DNA from: a virus
Direction: 5' to 3' (one strand)
Length of the DNA: 64,000 bases
Virus record (IMG/VR): IMGVR_UViG_3300020183_000010
Below, in pieces: positions 20,001 to 30,759 of this stretch. A program made the position numbers and the translations under genes. Numbering within the stretch: position 1 is the first letter of the stretch; every line of letters starts with the position of its first letter. The notes under the pieces were generated by a model. That model saw only the letters and a list, made by a program, of their open reading frames with translations, had not been told where the DNA came from and searched no databases.

Positions 20001-21333
20001 CTGATGTTCCACTAGTTCCTGATGTTCCAGAAGATCCACTAGTTCCTGATGTTCCATTTCCACTAGTTCCTGAAGATCCACTAGTTCCTGAGGTTCCATT
20101 TCCACTAGTTCCTGAAGATCCACTAGTTCCTGAAGATCCACTAGTTCCTGAAGATCCACTAGTTCCAGAGGTTCCATTTCCACTAGTTCCTGATGTTCCA
20201 GAAGATCCACTAGTTCCTGATGTTCCACTAGTTCCTGATGTTCCACTAGTTCCTGATGTTCCACTAGATCCACTAGTTCCCGAAGATCCACTAGTTCCTG
20301 ATGTTCCACTAGATCCACTAGTTCCTGATGTTCCACTAGATCCACTAGTTCCTGATGTTCCACTAGATCCACTAGTTCCCGAGGTCCCACTAGATCCGCT
20401 AGTTCCTGAAGTACCATCTATTCCACTAGTTCCTGAAGTACCACTAGTCCCCGCTCCTCCACTACCTGAGCCCTGAGCTGGATAAAGATATGATCCTGTA
20501 TTATCGCTAATTTTTATGTATACCGGAATTGGATTGGTTAAAGGTTTTATGTTAGTTACATAGGAAGGTGCCTGTGTGTTGTCAAAATATAAAACATCTC
20601 CAATGCTACCAGGAAGAACAAAAGGAGTAGTAACTATTCTTCCAAAGGGCCTGACGTTTATATTGCCTATCTCAGGCTCATCTATTGATGTAATAACACC
20701 AAATGCTTTTTCAACCTCTGTAGTTATAGAAGTGTTTACTATATTAAAAACCCCGTAAGGATCTAGATAAACTACCTGTCCTATGTTGTATGTAGAATAA
20801 ACCGTATTAGGTGAGTAGATATTAGCATAGCTAGATTTTACTATATTTCTGTATTGGAACCTAGCAAAAGCATCATCTATCCAATAACCGTTATCGTCCA
20901 AGTTTGAGGATAAAGCAGTAGCGATAAGAGCAGGTATCGGTGCTCCATCTTCAGATATCGGTATTGTTATACCATTTATTCCCTCTGTTGGGTAATTATT
21001 ACCTGAAACCGTATAATCGCTTATAAGATTATATAGATCAATATCTTTTAGTGTTACAGAAGCTTCTAAATTATTATTTACAGTAATTGAGGTAATTAGA
21101 AAAGCATTTCCGTTAGGCTGTAAAAGCCACATTCCCTCTTGTAAATCGTTTGCATCGAATAAAAAGTCTGGCTCCTGTGACGTTGGGGTAGCAATTATAT
21201 CCAATATACAACTAAAGGAATATGGATAATTGTTCCATACACTCGAGGGATTATTATAATAACTATCAACAACAACTGACCCAGTCCTCACTCTGGCAAT
21301 CATTGTTATTGGTAATAATGGGATTTGAGCCAT
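17062..21333 (-). CDS. Fibre-like virion protein with long Gly-Thr/Ser-Ser repeat tracts
   Basis: About 400 aa of GTS/GSS triplets plus shorter tracts separating repeated globular modules (RFNFD..DPG.G.FRY twice). Confidence 0.8.
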   Translation of the reverse strand: MAQIPLLPITMIARVRTGSVVVDSYYNNPSSVWNNYPYSFSCILDIIATPTSQEPDFLFDANDLQEGMWLLQPNGNAFLITSITVNNNLEASVTLKDIDLYNLISDYTVSGNNYPTEGINGITIPISEDGAPIPALIATALSSNLDDNGYWIDDAFARFQYRNIVKSSYANIYSPNTVYSTYNIGQVVYLDPYGVFNIVNTSITTEVEKAFGVITSIDEPEIGNINVRPFGRIVTTPFVLPGSIGDVLYFDNTQAPSYVTNIKPLTNPIPVYIKISDNTGSYLYPAQGSGSGGAGTSGTSGTSGIDGTSGTSGSSGTSGTSGSSGTSGTSGSSGTSGTSGSSGTSGTSGSSGTSGSSGTSGTSGTSGTSGTSGTSGSSGTSGTSGNGTSGTSGSSGTSGSSGTSGSSGTSGNGTSGTSGSSGTSGNGTSGTSGSSGTSGTSGTSGTSGSSGTSGSSGTSGTSGSSGTSGTSGSSGTSGSSGTSGTSGSSGTSGNGTSGTSGSSGTSGSSGTSGTSGSSGTSGSSGTSGSSGTSGSSGTSGTSGNGTSGTSGSSGTSGSSGTSGSSGTSGTSGSSGTSGTSGNGTSGTSGNGTSGTSGSSGTSGSSGTSGTSGSSGTSGSSGTSGTSGTSGTSGSSGTSGSSGTSGSSGTSGSSGTSGSSGTSGSSGTSGSSGTRGTSGTSGTSGSSGTSGSSGTSGSSGTRGTSGSSGTSGTRGAQGESAGIRFNFDSSTGVSVDPGQGNFRYDTTSVGTTATIAISSSDVNGQGFVTSIGSWDNSTSTVKGIIEIKSNLNSDTTFNQFQLLSLVQNIGWFSLTVIGISGTIPTNLEECVITFYRTGDKGDAGTSGTSGTSGTRGTSGSSGTSGIGTHGTSGTSGLQGDGAGLRYNFDTNTLSADPGTGLFRYNSATPGSITSIYIDILDINSVDFSATFTSWGTGTNSIKGYLLVNSNNNTDTTFTSFAITSVTNNTGWFTFGVTYLSGTIPSNAEPCVLVFSKTGDQGTGGTSGTSGIGTHGTSGTSGSSGTSGSSGTSGTRGTSGTSGSSGTSGSSGTRGSSGTSGSSGTSGSSGTSGSSGTRGTSGSSGTSGSSGTRGTSGTSGSSGTSGSSGTSGTAGNDGSNSGRWLYTTSPAYPSDPTANDFNAASSTISAIANMNISVTDYAGTNYAPWLSALSTIISNGNVVYLQITELGSNNVIGIFSAGSAVNNTTYYNLRVTNVVANGTLTSGKTYTISWVYDGKDGTSGTSGSSGTSGILSINNNINNYVLTATGTSGLIQGESYVQVDSVNSALVIGGTGYNTYGTYTTIGGTTITQTTNATITTVITLATNTAYTYYVKGIVVATPTSVTSTGGGWEISAVFTNNAGALTQQGVTVSLVAQEGMTGTPTVSFGQSGANILLRVTGVAATNINWVSKLEFLALSNGVPD
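19195..20455 (-). repeat. Degenerate 9-nt tandem repeat array (GTS/GSS codons); further blocks at about 17995-18330 and 18715-18810
   Basis: Units such as ccactagtt, cctgatgtt, ccagaagat repeated on the + strand. Confidence 0.95.
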
Positions 21334-21349
21334 CTATTTTTTTTAATTT

Positions 21350-24022
<2,673 letters not shown>

Positions 24023-24069
24023 CCCGGAATATTATGTTTAGAATATATATCCGGAATTTAATTATCAAT

Positions 24070-24471
24070 CTAACTTATAAGCGTTTCGATCTCCTTATAA
24101 AAATTATTGAATTTAGTTGGATAAAAGGTTTTTAGCTCCTCTATTTCTCTATTTGATATCTGATACCTGTCTTTTATAAAGTTTATTACTTCCTCCTTAT
24201 ATTCTTTTTTCTTTTCATCTTTCTCTTTCTTTTGAGTCTTTGTCCATATCCAAGGCGGAACAGTTTTATGCTTACTGGTTATAAAAACTTTCCAAAAATC
24301 AACAACCTTATCCGGATTTATCTTTATGTTATTAAAAGAATTTGCTTGTAAAGGATAAGCTATTGAACATATCCTGTTAATCATAAATAAATTTCTAGAT
24401 TTGTCCCTATCGTTTATTTTATTCCACGATTTAGAATAAAAAGATTTTATTATATCAAATGGATTATTCAT
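24070..24471 (-). CDS. Clamp loader small subunit (T4 gp62-like)
   Basis: NPFDII, FMINR..S and DRYQISNRE resemble gp62; lies near the gp44-like gene. Confidence 0.6.
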   Translation of the reverse strand: MNNPFDIIKSFYSKSWNKINDRDKSRNLFMINRICSIAYPLQANSFNNIKINPDKVVDFWKVFITSKHKTVPPWIWTKTQKKEKDEKKKEYKEEVINFIKDRYQISNREIEELKTFYPTKFNNFYKEIETLIS

Positions 24472-25601
24472 TAGTTAAATAGTTCAAATGGATCAAATCC
24501 TTTAGGTGGCTTAGCTTCACTAGCCCATGGTGATTTTTCAATCATTTCTTTTTTATCCATATTTAGCAAAAGTCTTTCCTTTATATCTAATTCCTGTACA
24601 TGATTTCTTAATCCCTCTACCATATTTCTAGGCAGTGCTCTTGAATTTAGCCAAACCAATCTAGCATTCTCCTCATAGAATTTTTTAAATTTCTCCCTGT
24701 TTTCTGAATTATCCGTTTGTGAAACAAGTCTCAATGATAATCCAGATATCCAGCCTAGAAAGTCGTCATTATCCCAAAGATACTCCATGGAATAATCTCT
24801 CCATTCAGACTCTAGGTAAAGCCCCCATATTTTATTAGCTTTCCCTTCTGCTATGTTAGAATTTTTACCATTTTTAGTTTGGTGAGGAAATACTCCAGGA
24901 ACATCATCCTTTTTATCTCCCATTAGGATTTTCTTAAAAATATATTCTTTTGTGTTGATCTTTTCCAAAGTACACGAAGATAATAGTTTTTCCATTTTTG
25001 ATGAATTAGAACCAGACATAGGATCCACATCAAATATAGTGGTTTCTGTTTCTAACTCACCTTTCCAGTTTTCAGAAACTATTAATTTGTTGTTTTTGGA
25101 ATTACTGTTCCATATACCCACCCACGATGAATCATCGTACCTAACAAGTTGGTGCATATCCTTGTCACCACTTATTACTATTACAGATTCTCCCTTTTCT
25201 GATAGGTGCTCGCACCATGCCCATATCAAGTCATCCCCCTCCGCTCCTTGGTACGAACTATAAATAAAACCATTAGATTCTAAATATTCAGAAAATTCAT
25301 CCATGAGTTTAAAAAAAGATCCCCAATCTACACCTTCTCCTTTTACTCTGCTTTCTTTATATACACTCCTGGTAATTTTATAATCTTTTCTCCATGATCT
25401 AGAGTCTTTACAAAATATCACTTGCTTTACATCAGGTATCTGTTTTAAAGCATAACACAAGTCTGTAATTACTTTTCTTACAAACATATTTCTTTCGGCA
25501 TCTGATGATAAAATGTCACCCGGATTCTTTGATCCAAATCCTGAAAATATTCCAAATGTTTTATGGAAAATATAGTTTCCATCTACACAAACTGTTATCA
25601 T
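24471..25601 (-). CDS. rnh: 5'-3' exonuclease / T4 RNase H-like
   Basis: VDGN, SWRKDY, YKESR, EGDDLI, ISGDKDMHQL, LMGDKKDDVPG. Confidence 0.88.
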   Translation of the reverse strand: MITVCVDGNYIFHKTFGIFSGFGSKNPGDILSSDAERNMFVRKVITDLCYALKQIPDVKQVIFCKDSRSWRKDYKITRSVYKESRVKGEGVDWGSFFKLMDEFSEYLESNGFIYSSYQGAEGDDLIWAWCEHLSEKGESVIVISGDKDMHQLVRYDDSSWVGIWNSNSKNNKLIVSENWKGELETETTIFDVDPMSGSNSSKMEKLLSSCTLEKINTKEYIFKKILMGDKKDDVPGVFPHQTKNGKNSNIAEGKANKIWGLYLESEWRDYSMEYLWDNDDFLGWISGLSLRLVSQTDNSENREKFKKFYEENARLVWLNSRALPRNMVEGLRNHVQELDIKERLLLNMDKKEMIEKSPWASEAKPPKGFDPFELFN

Positions 25602-26071
25602 TAAAAATCTTCGTTAGTTATCATTATATCATAGTCAGAAAATTGAAAAAAATCCTCCCGGTCTGCTATTAATCTTCTTTCGACGCTATCAGCATCATTT
25701 CTGCTTTTCAATCTCTCTATTCTTGTTTCTTCTGAAGGATTCAAATAAATAACAAAAGATTCATCTCTAAATGATTTAGGTAAGCTTCTAAGACCTGCAG
25801 GACTAAGAATAAAAAGATTTTTTACCGAGAATTCATCTTTAGATATTCCGTACTCCCATCCATTAAATTCTTGGAGCTCTAGAAAAATATCGGAATTAAA
25901 ATTGAAGAAATTCTCATCTCTGTAGTAATAATCTACTCCTTCCAACTCTCCATCTCTAGGAGGTCTGCTAGTAAAAGATACTCCATATTCGAATCCCCTC
26001 TCTGCCATTTTTTTTCTTAAGAAGTCTTTTCCTGATCCTCCGGGACCTACTATGATTATCTTTGCCTTCAT
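25601..26071 (-). CDS. gmk: Guanylate kinase-like protein (start likely at MKAKII, 26071)
   Basis: GPGGSGKD P-loop, TSRPPRDGELEGVDYYY, EFNGWEYG. Confidence 0.85.
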   Translation of the reverse strand: MKAKIIIVGPGGSGKDFLRKKMAERGFEYGVSFTSRPPRDGELEGVDYYYRDENFFNFNSDIFLELQEFNGWEYGISKDEFSVKNLFILSPAGLRSLPKSFRDESFVIYLNPSEETRIERLKSRNDADSVERRLIADREDFFQFSDYDIMITNEDF

Positions 26072-26135
26072 GTTATTATTGTATATTATATTAAGCATTA
26101 TGTATAATTTACGTATTAAATGCCTAGTATACTTA

Positions 26136-27083
26136 TCATTTATTTACTATTTGTTGTAGAGAAAATATACAAGCAGATAGACTAAGTGCTGGATCTATAA
26201 CAAGGTTTCTTTCAGATTGATACTTAGCAACGGTAATTATAATAGCTGGTATTGTATTCATCTTATCTGGACGTTTTTCAGATATCCAGTTTATAAATTC
26301 AGATCCAAGAGAAGATAGGACCTCATCCACTTTACCTGAATATTGACCCATGATTAAGCTATAGTTTTCCATAGGTCCTTTAGAATTAAATATTATATCA
26401 AATATCTCTTCATTATTCCAGACAACCTCATTTATTTTTTGTTCAGTAAGATCTGTAACACCATCTATATTCCATCTTTGTATAGTGTTCAAAACTGATC
26501 TCATATCGGGGAAGTATTTTTTAGTAAAACTCTCCAGAACATGAATGTCATGATTTATTCCCATAAGATCTAATATTTTACCAACTCTATCCTTCCATTG
26601 AGATTTTATTTCGTTTTCCTCGCCTTTATCAATAGGATCAAAATCATATGTTTGGAATCTTGATCTGATAGCATCAGGAATTTTATTAATATAATTGCAC
26701 GTAGCTATAAATCTGGTAGTCTTTGCATATTTCTCTATAGTTCCTCTTAAAGCTTTGTAAAACTGATCTGATGCTCCGTCAAACTCATCTAGAACAACTA
26801 TCTTTATCATATTTTCTCCGTCTAGTATAGAAACGGTAGAACAGAAGTCATGTATTTTTGTTCTTATTGTTTCAACTGAACTTTCGTCAGATACATTTAT
26901 AAATATGTGCGGATGTCCTTTTATTAGAATTTTAGCCATACTGGTTTTACCAGATCCAGGAGATCCCGATAATAATACATTTTGTTGTAGACCATCATCA
27001 AAGGAAGCCTTTATCCTTTGTGGAAGTATCATATGTTTTAATTCCCTCGGTCTTAATTTTTCAGTTAATAGTTCTTGTATCAT
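26136..27083 (-). CDS. Clamp loader large subunit (T4 gp44/RFC)
   Basis: EKLRP, GSPGSGKT, VLDEFD, FIATCN, AIRSR. Confidence 0.92.
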   Translation of the reverse strand: MIQELLTEKLRPRELKHMILPQRIKASFDDGLQQNVLLSGSPGSGKTSMAKILIKGHPHIFINVSDESSVETIRTKIHDFCSTVSILDGENMIKIVVLDEFDGASDQFYKALRGTIEKYAKTTRFIATCNYINKIPDAIRSRFQTYDFDPIDKGEENEIKSQWKDRVGKILDLMGINHDIHVLESFTKKYFPDMRSVLNTIQRWNIDGVTDLTEQKINEVVWNNEEIFDIIFNSKGPMENYSLIMGQYSGKVDEVLSSLGSEFINWISEKRPDKMNTIPAIIITVAKYQSERNLVIDPALSLSACIFSLQQIVNK

Positions 27084-27655
27084 TTTATATTTTTTAATAT
27101 TCTTTCCATCTCAGCATTAACAACTACCTGAGCTATCTTTTTATACTCATCTCTTATTATAGATTTCTGTTGTTCCGTTGCAGAGCGCATGTTATGAGAC
27201 TTAAGATGCCTCCATTTGACCATTACGGAAGCTCTATATATTTCATAACTTTTTAGTTCATTCCTTTTTGCATTTATAAGAATTTTAAATATTTTTTCCT
27301 TTGTAGGATTTTCTATTTTTATAAGTTTAGTGGGAATTTTTTTAAGAGAAATTTTAGATACTATTTCTTCTATGTATGTTCCAAAATTTTTATTGAAATT
27401 TTCATTTCTCTCTATAGTTTTTTGCCTACTAATTTCCTTTGCTCTTTCTGAGTGGTATTTTATCTTCTCTGGATTTTTTGCCACATACTCAATCTGATAC
27501 TTTCTTGTTTTTTCTCTGTTATTAGATTTCCATTCTTTTGATTTTTGTTTAGCACATATAACACACTTATAAGGCTTTAACCCATCAATATAGAAATCGA
27601 TATACCCATGAATTTTACATTTCCATTTAACAAATTTTGTTTTCTTTACCTCCAT
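27080..27655 (-). CDS. Basic hypothetical protein with N-terminal Zn-ribbon
   Basis: CKIHG...KCVIC followed by a Lys-rich helix. Confidence 0.55.
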   Translation of the reverse strand: MEVKKTKFVKWKCKIHGYIDFYIDGLKPYKCVICAKQKSKEWKSNNREKTRKYQIEYVAKNPEKIKYHSERAKEISRQKTIERNENFNKNFGTYIEEIVSKISLKKIPTKLIKIENPTKEKIFKILINAKRNELKSYEIYRASVMVKWRHLKSHNMRSATEQQKSIIRDEYKKIAQVVVNAEMERILKNIK

Positions 27656-27672
27656 ATATTACTAAAATTAAA

Positions 27673-28998
27673 CTATTTACACAAACCACTCATATCATCA
27701 CCCAGGTCCTTATCATTTCTTATTTCTATAAATCTAGGTAAGAACAAAGACCAATTATCATTTTTATCGTTAATAATAACATTATACTGTATAGCACACA
27801 CTTTACCAATCTGAGAATCTGGATTATCGCTAAGATCCTTAAGATCCTGATCTGTAAAACCTGCACCCACCTTAACTTTAACTGTCCCAGATGAATCTTC
27901 ACAATAAAATCCGCCAATAAGTCCTTCCCTCTTTCCCTCTCCTGGATACCAGCCAGTAATTATTAGATCACAATCGTTAACCTCCTTAAGTTTTATCCAA
28001 TTTTTTGATCTTTTACACTCGTATACATGTTCGGGATTTTTGAGTATTACTCCTTCTCCACCTCTAGCAACTATTTTATTATAGTAAGCGTAGATGTCTT
28101 CTTTTTCAGTAGTCAAGAAAGAATCTGCAAGCGTAAGGGAAGTCGTGTTATATGTACTAAAAACACCTTCTAATGTACTTCTTCTCACATCAAAAGGTAT
28201 GATTCCTTTTCCAGTTTTTAGTGTGTCTGCATCCTCGAGATCAAAAACGTTATAAAGAAGATCGTCTCCAATAGAATCAGAAGGCTTACCTTTTAGCATT
28301 TGTGTCACTTTACCAGAAACACTCTTTCTATTTAGGTCCGTAAGTTCTCCATCAAAAAACCATTCTCCTTTTAACCCCGAATTTTTAATTAGGGTCAAGC
28401 ATTCGTCTGAAATCTTCTTTAAATATTGATTAGGTATCTCGTTGAAGGCTCTTGTGTAAAATTTTACCTCCTCACCAACAACAAATGCAATTACCCTTAC
28501 TCCGTCATATTTTTCTTCACAGACTATAGAATCCCATTTTTTTATCTCGTCTTCGTCGTCTTGTGCAAGCATCAAGCTAGGATCTGGTATGACCTCTTTG
28601 TTAAAAGATTTGTTTATTAACTTAGCACCAATTCCTATATTTAATCTTTTCGTTAAAACCTTAGCAAGTATTTTTCTTTCGTCCTCCGATAGGGGATAAC
28701 AGTTAATAATTTCAAAAGCTTCTTCCCTTAATTTGTCATTTGCAGCTGGAGCATAGAAAAGTTTTTCTGTTAGATTTTTAAATCTATCAAAAATATCTTC
28801 GCTTTCTACAATGTAGGGAGATTCAGAAAGTATTGGAAGTTTATGTAATTTAGTTGTTAGAAAAGGATCTAGTGCGACTTTTAAAAGATACTCCAATTCC
28901 TTAGAGTAGTTATTTTTTATAAGATCCTGTTTTATTTTTTGTGATCCATTGCCTGTCGTGTTCTCTATTTCTAATAGAATCCTTAGTTCTTTTTGCAT
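27673..28998 (-). CDS. ATP-dependent DNA ligase
   Basis: EEKYDGVR (adenylated lysine), FDGEL, EGVILK, KRSKNWIKLK, SLFLPRF. Confidence 0.95.
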   Translation of the reverse strand: MQKELRILLEIENTTGNGSQKIKQDLIKNNYSKELEYLLKVALDPFLTTKLHKLPILSESPYIVESEDIFDRFKNLTEKLFYAPAANDKLREEAFEIINCYPLSEDERKILAKVLTKRLNIGIGAKLINKSFNKEVIPDPSLMLAQDDEDEIKKWDSIVCEEKYDGVRVIAFVVGEEVKFYTRAFNEIPNQYLKKISDECLTLIKNSGLKGEWFFDGELTDLNRKSVSGKVTQMLKGKPSDSIGDDLLYNVFDLEDADTLKTGKGIIPFDVRRSTLEGVFSTYNTTSLTLADSFLTTEKEDIYAYYNKIVARGGEGVILKNPEHVYECKRSKNWIKLKEVNDCDLIITGWYPGEGKREGLIGGFYCEDSSGTVKVKVGAGFTDQDLKDLSDNPDSQIGKVCAIQYNVIINDKNDNWSLFLPRFIEIRNDKDLGDDMSGLCK

Positions 28999-29085
28999 GA
29001 ATGTATTTTTAGCTAATATAGAAATCCATTTTAAATAATAAAAAGGATTCTTATATTATACTAAATAAAAGTAATAAGTTTTCGA

Positions 29086-30753
29086 TTAGATTTCCGCTGC
29101 TGCTTCCCCGCCTGCTGCTGCGTCTCCACCTGCTGCTGCGTCTCCGCCTGCTGCTGCGTCTCCACCTGCTGCTGCTGCGTCTCCTCCGGTAGCTCCGGTA
29201 GCTCCAGCTTTTCCTTCCTCTTCCGCTTTTTTCACATAGGACTTATTTAACTGTATATCCTCATAAGATAGATCTAGCCATCTTTCTATCATAAAGTCCT
29301 GGTCGAAGAACTGAACCTCTTCCTCATTTACTGTTTCTTTGACTTCCCCTAGTGCAGTAATAAAATCAATTCTTTTTATTAACTGCTCTATCTCTCTTGA
29401 TTCACCAAATAAATTATCGCTTTCAAACTTAACACCTATTTGACTTCTAAATTCAGAATCATTCTTAAGGTCTGGAAAATCTAGACACATTTGAATCCAA
29501 AGAGGCTTAACTATTATTTCTTGGAATATTGATCTTAGCCTAGTTATAAACTTAGCAAATCTTACCTCGTCTCTTTCCGCTCCGTCAGCACCTGTTTTAA
29601 AAACGTTATTTGATCCAACACCAAATCTAGAAGAAAATCTGTTGTAAGGTATTTTAGAATCTTGTCTTAACTTGTTGTAAAAATAAACAACTGAATCCAT
29701 AATGTTTAAATTCGGACCTTGTGCGTTAAGTGTTTCGATTTTAACAGATTCACCTCCCTGCTGCGGGAATAAATAATTTTTATAAAATTGTATATCCGGC
29801 CTACCATTTATTGATAATTCACCGGAAGTTGTATCTAATTTAATATCTTCTTTATACACAGACATTAATTCCCCTAAGGTTTCTTTAGCTTTTTGTGGTG
29901 CTTTGCTACCAATAGGAACAGTCATTTTAATTCTGTATTGTGCATTCATGACATTCCATATTATTCTAGAATGCTCCATAATTTTTAGTAGGTTATAAGA
30001 TCTTATTAATCTTTCTGTATAAGAAACCCTAGATACGGTGTTTGCTTTAGCATATGATATGTAGATAACCTGTGCATCTAAAAGTTTTCTTTGTCTAACA
30101 GTTTCTCCGTAATACTGCCACCAAATTGTTTCTCTAGTTCCGCCCGGTTTCTTTTCGACCGCTGGGGTTAAACTCACTGGGTCTAATTCCTTAAATCCTA
30201 TTATTTCTTTCCCGTCGTTTGAATAGATTATTTCAAAAGCTAAAAATCCCTCTACTACTAATTGTCTAAAGTATTGCCAAGCAGTTAAGCCATTAGCAAA
30301 ATTGTGTAAAACATATAGCTTTCTGAAATTTTTTCTCATAGCTTTTATGACGTCATCTTTGAGATCCATGCTCATTAGAGCTGGATGACAAAAGAAATTC
30401 TTTTCGTCATAAACTATAGCTTCGTCACATATTGTATCTAAAATATATTCGATCTCAGCGTTTAAAGCAAAGGTTCTAAGAAAATCTCTCTTGAATGGGT
30501 AATCCTTATCGAAATATGCTATATATTTTCTATTAGATGTATCCTGTGCTGCTATACTGTATATAAAATCCTCGTCCGAATCTGTAAATCCGAACCTTTC
30601 TCTCATATTAGCTTCAGATACACCTATTGCCATAGAGTCTTGGATAACCATATCCTTATACTCCATACCAAAAGATCCAAGACCACTAATAGTTTTTAAT
30701 ATCCTTGAGATATTGGGATTTATTTTTCCTAAGTTGTCTAAAAATCCAGCCAT
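29086..30753 (-). CDS. Portal protein (T4 gp20-like), copy 2
   Basis: EIEYILDTICDEAIVYD, YNLLKIMEHSRIIW, SKIPYNRF, ERDEVRFAKFITRLRSIF. Confidence 0.88.
   Translation of the reverse strand: MAGFLDNLGKINPNISRILKTISGLGSFGMEYKDMVIQDSMAIGVSEANMRERFGFTDSDEDFIYSIAAQDTSNRKYIAYFDKDYPFKRDFLRTFALNAEIEYILDTICDEAIVYDEKNFFCHPALMSMDLKDDVIKAMRKNFRKLYVLHNFANGLTAWQYFRQLVVEGFLAFEIIYSNDGKEIIGFKELDPVSLTPAVEKKPGGTRETIWWQYYGETVRQRKLLDAQVIYISYAKANTVSRVSYTERLIRSYNLLKIMEHSRIIWNVMNAQYRIKMTVPIGSKAPQKAKETLGELMSVYKEDIKLDTTSGELSINGRPDIQFYKNYLFPQQGGESVKIETLNAQGPNLNIMDSVVYFYNKLRQDSKIPYNRFSSRFGVGSNNVFKTGADGAERDEVRFAKFITRLRSIFQEIIVKPLWIQMCLDFPDLKNDSEFRSQIGVKFESDNLFGESREIEQLIKRIDFITALGEVKETVNEEEVQFFDQDFMIERWLDLSYEDIQLNKSYVKKAEEEGKAGATGATGGDAAAAGGDAAAGGDAAAGGDAAAGGEAAAEI
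29095..29205 (-). repeat. About 18-nt tandem repeats encoding the GATGATGG(DAAAGG)n portal tail
   Basis: cctgctgctgcgtctcc[ag] repeated about four times. Confidence 0.85.
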
Positions 30754-30759
30754 TTTATT

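Noticed and set aside
19195-20455. CRISPR-like appearance of the repeat block
   Set aside because: No unique spacers; it is a coding triplet-periodic repeat. No cas genes, and the PD-(D/E)XK nuclease lacks the Cas4 Cys cluster.
17877-20476. Long alternative-frame ORFs (461 aa ELVDL-rich, 407 aa VPEDP-rich, 139 aa)
   Set aside because: By-products of the stop-free 9-nt GTS repeat array in other frames and on the opposite strand; no independent start context.
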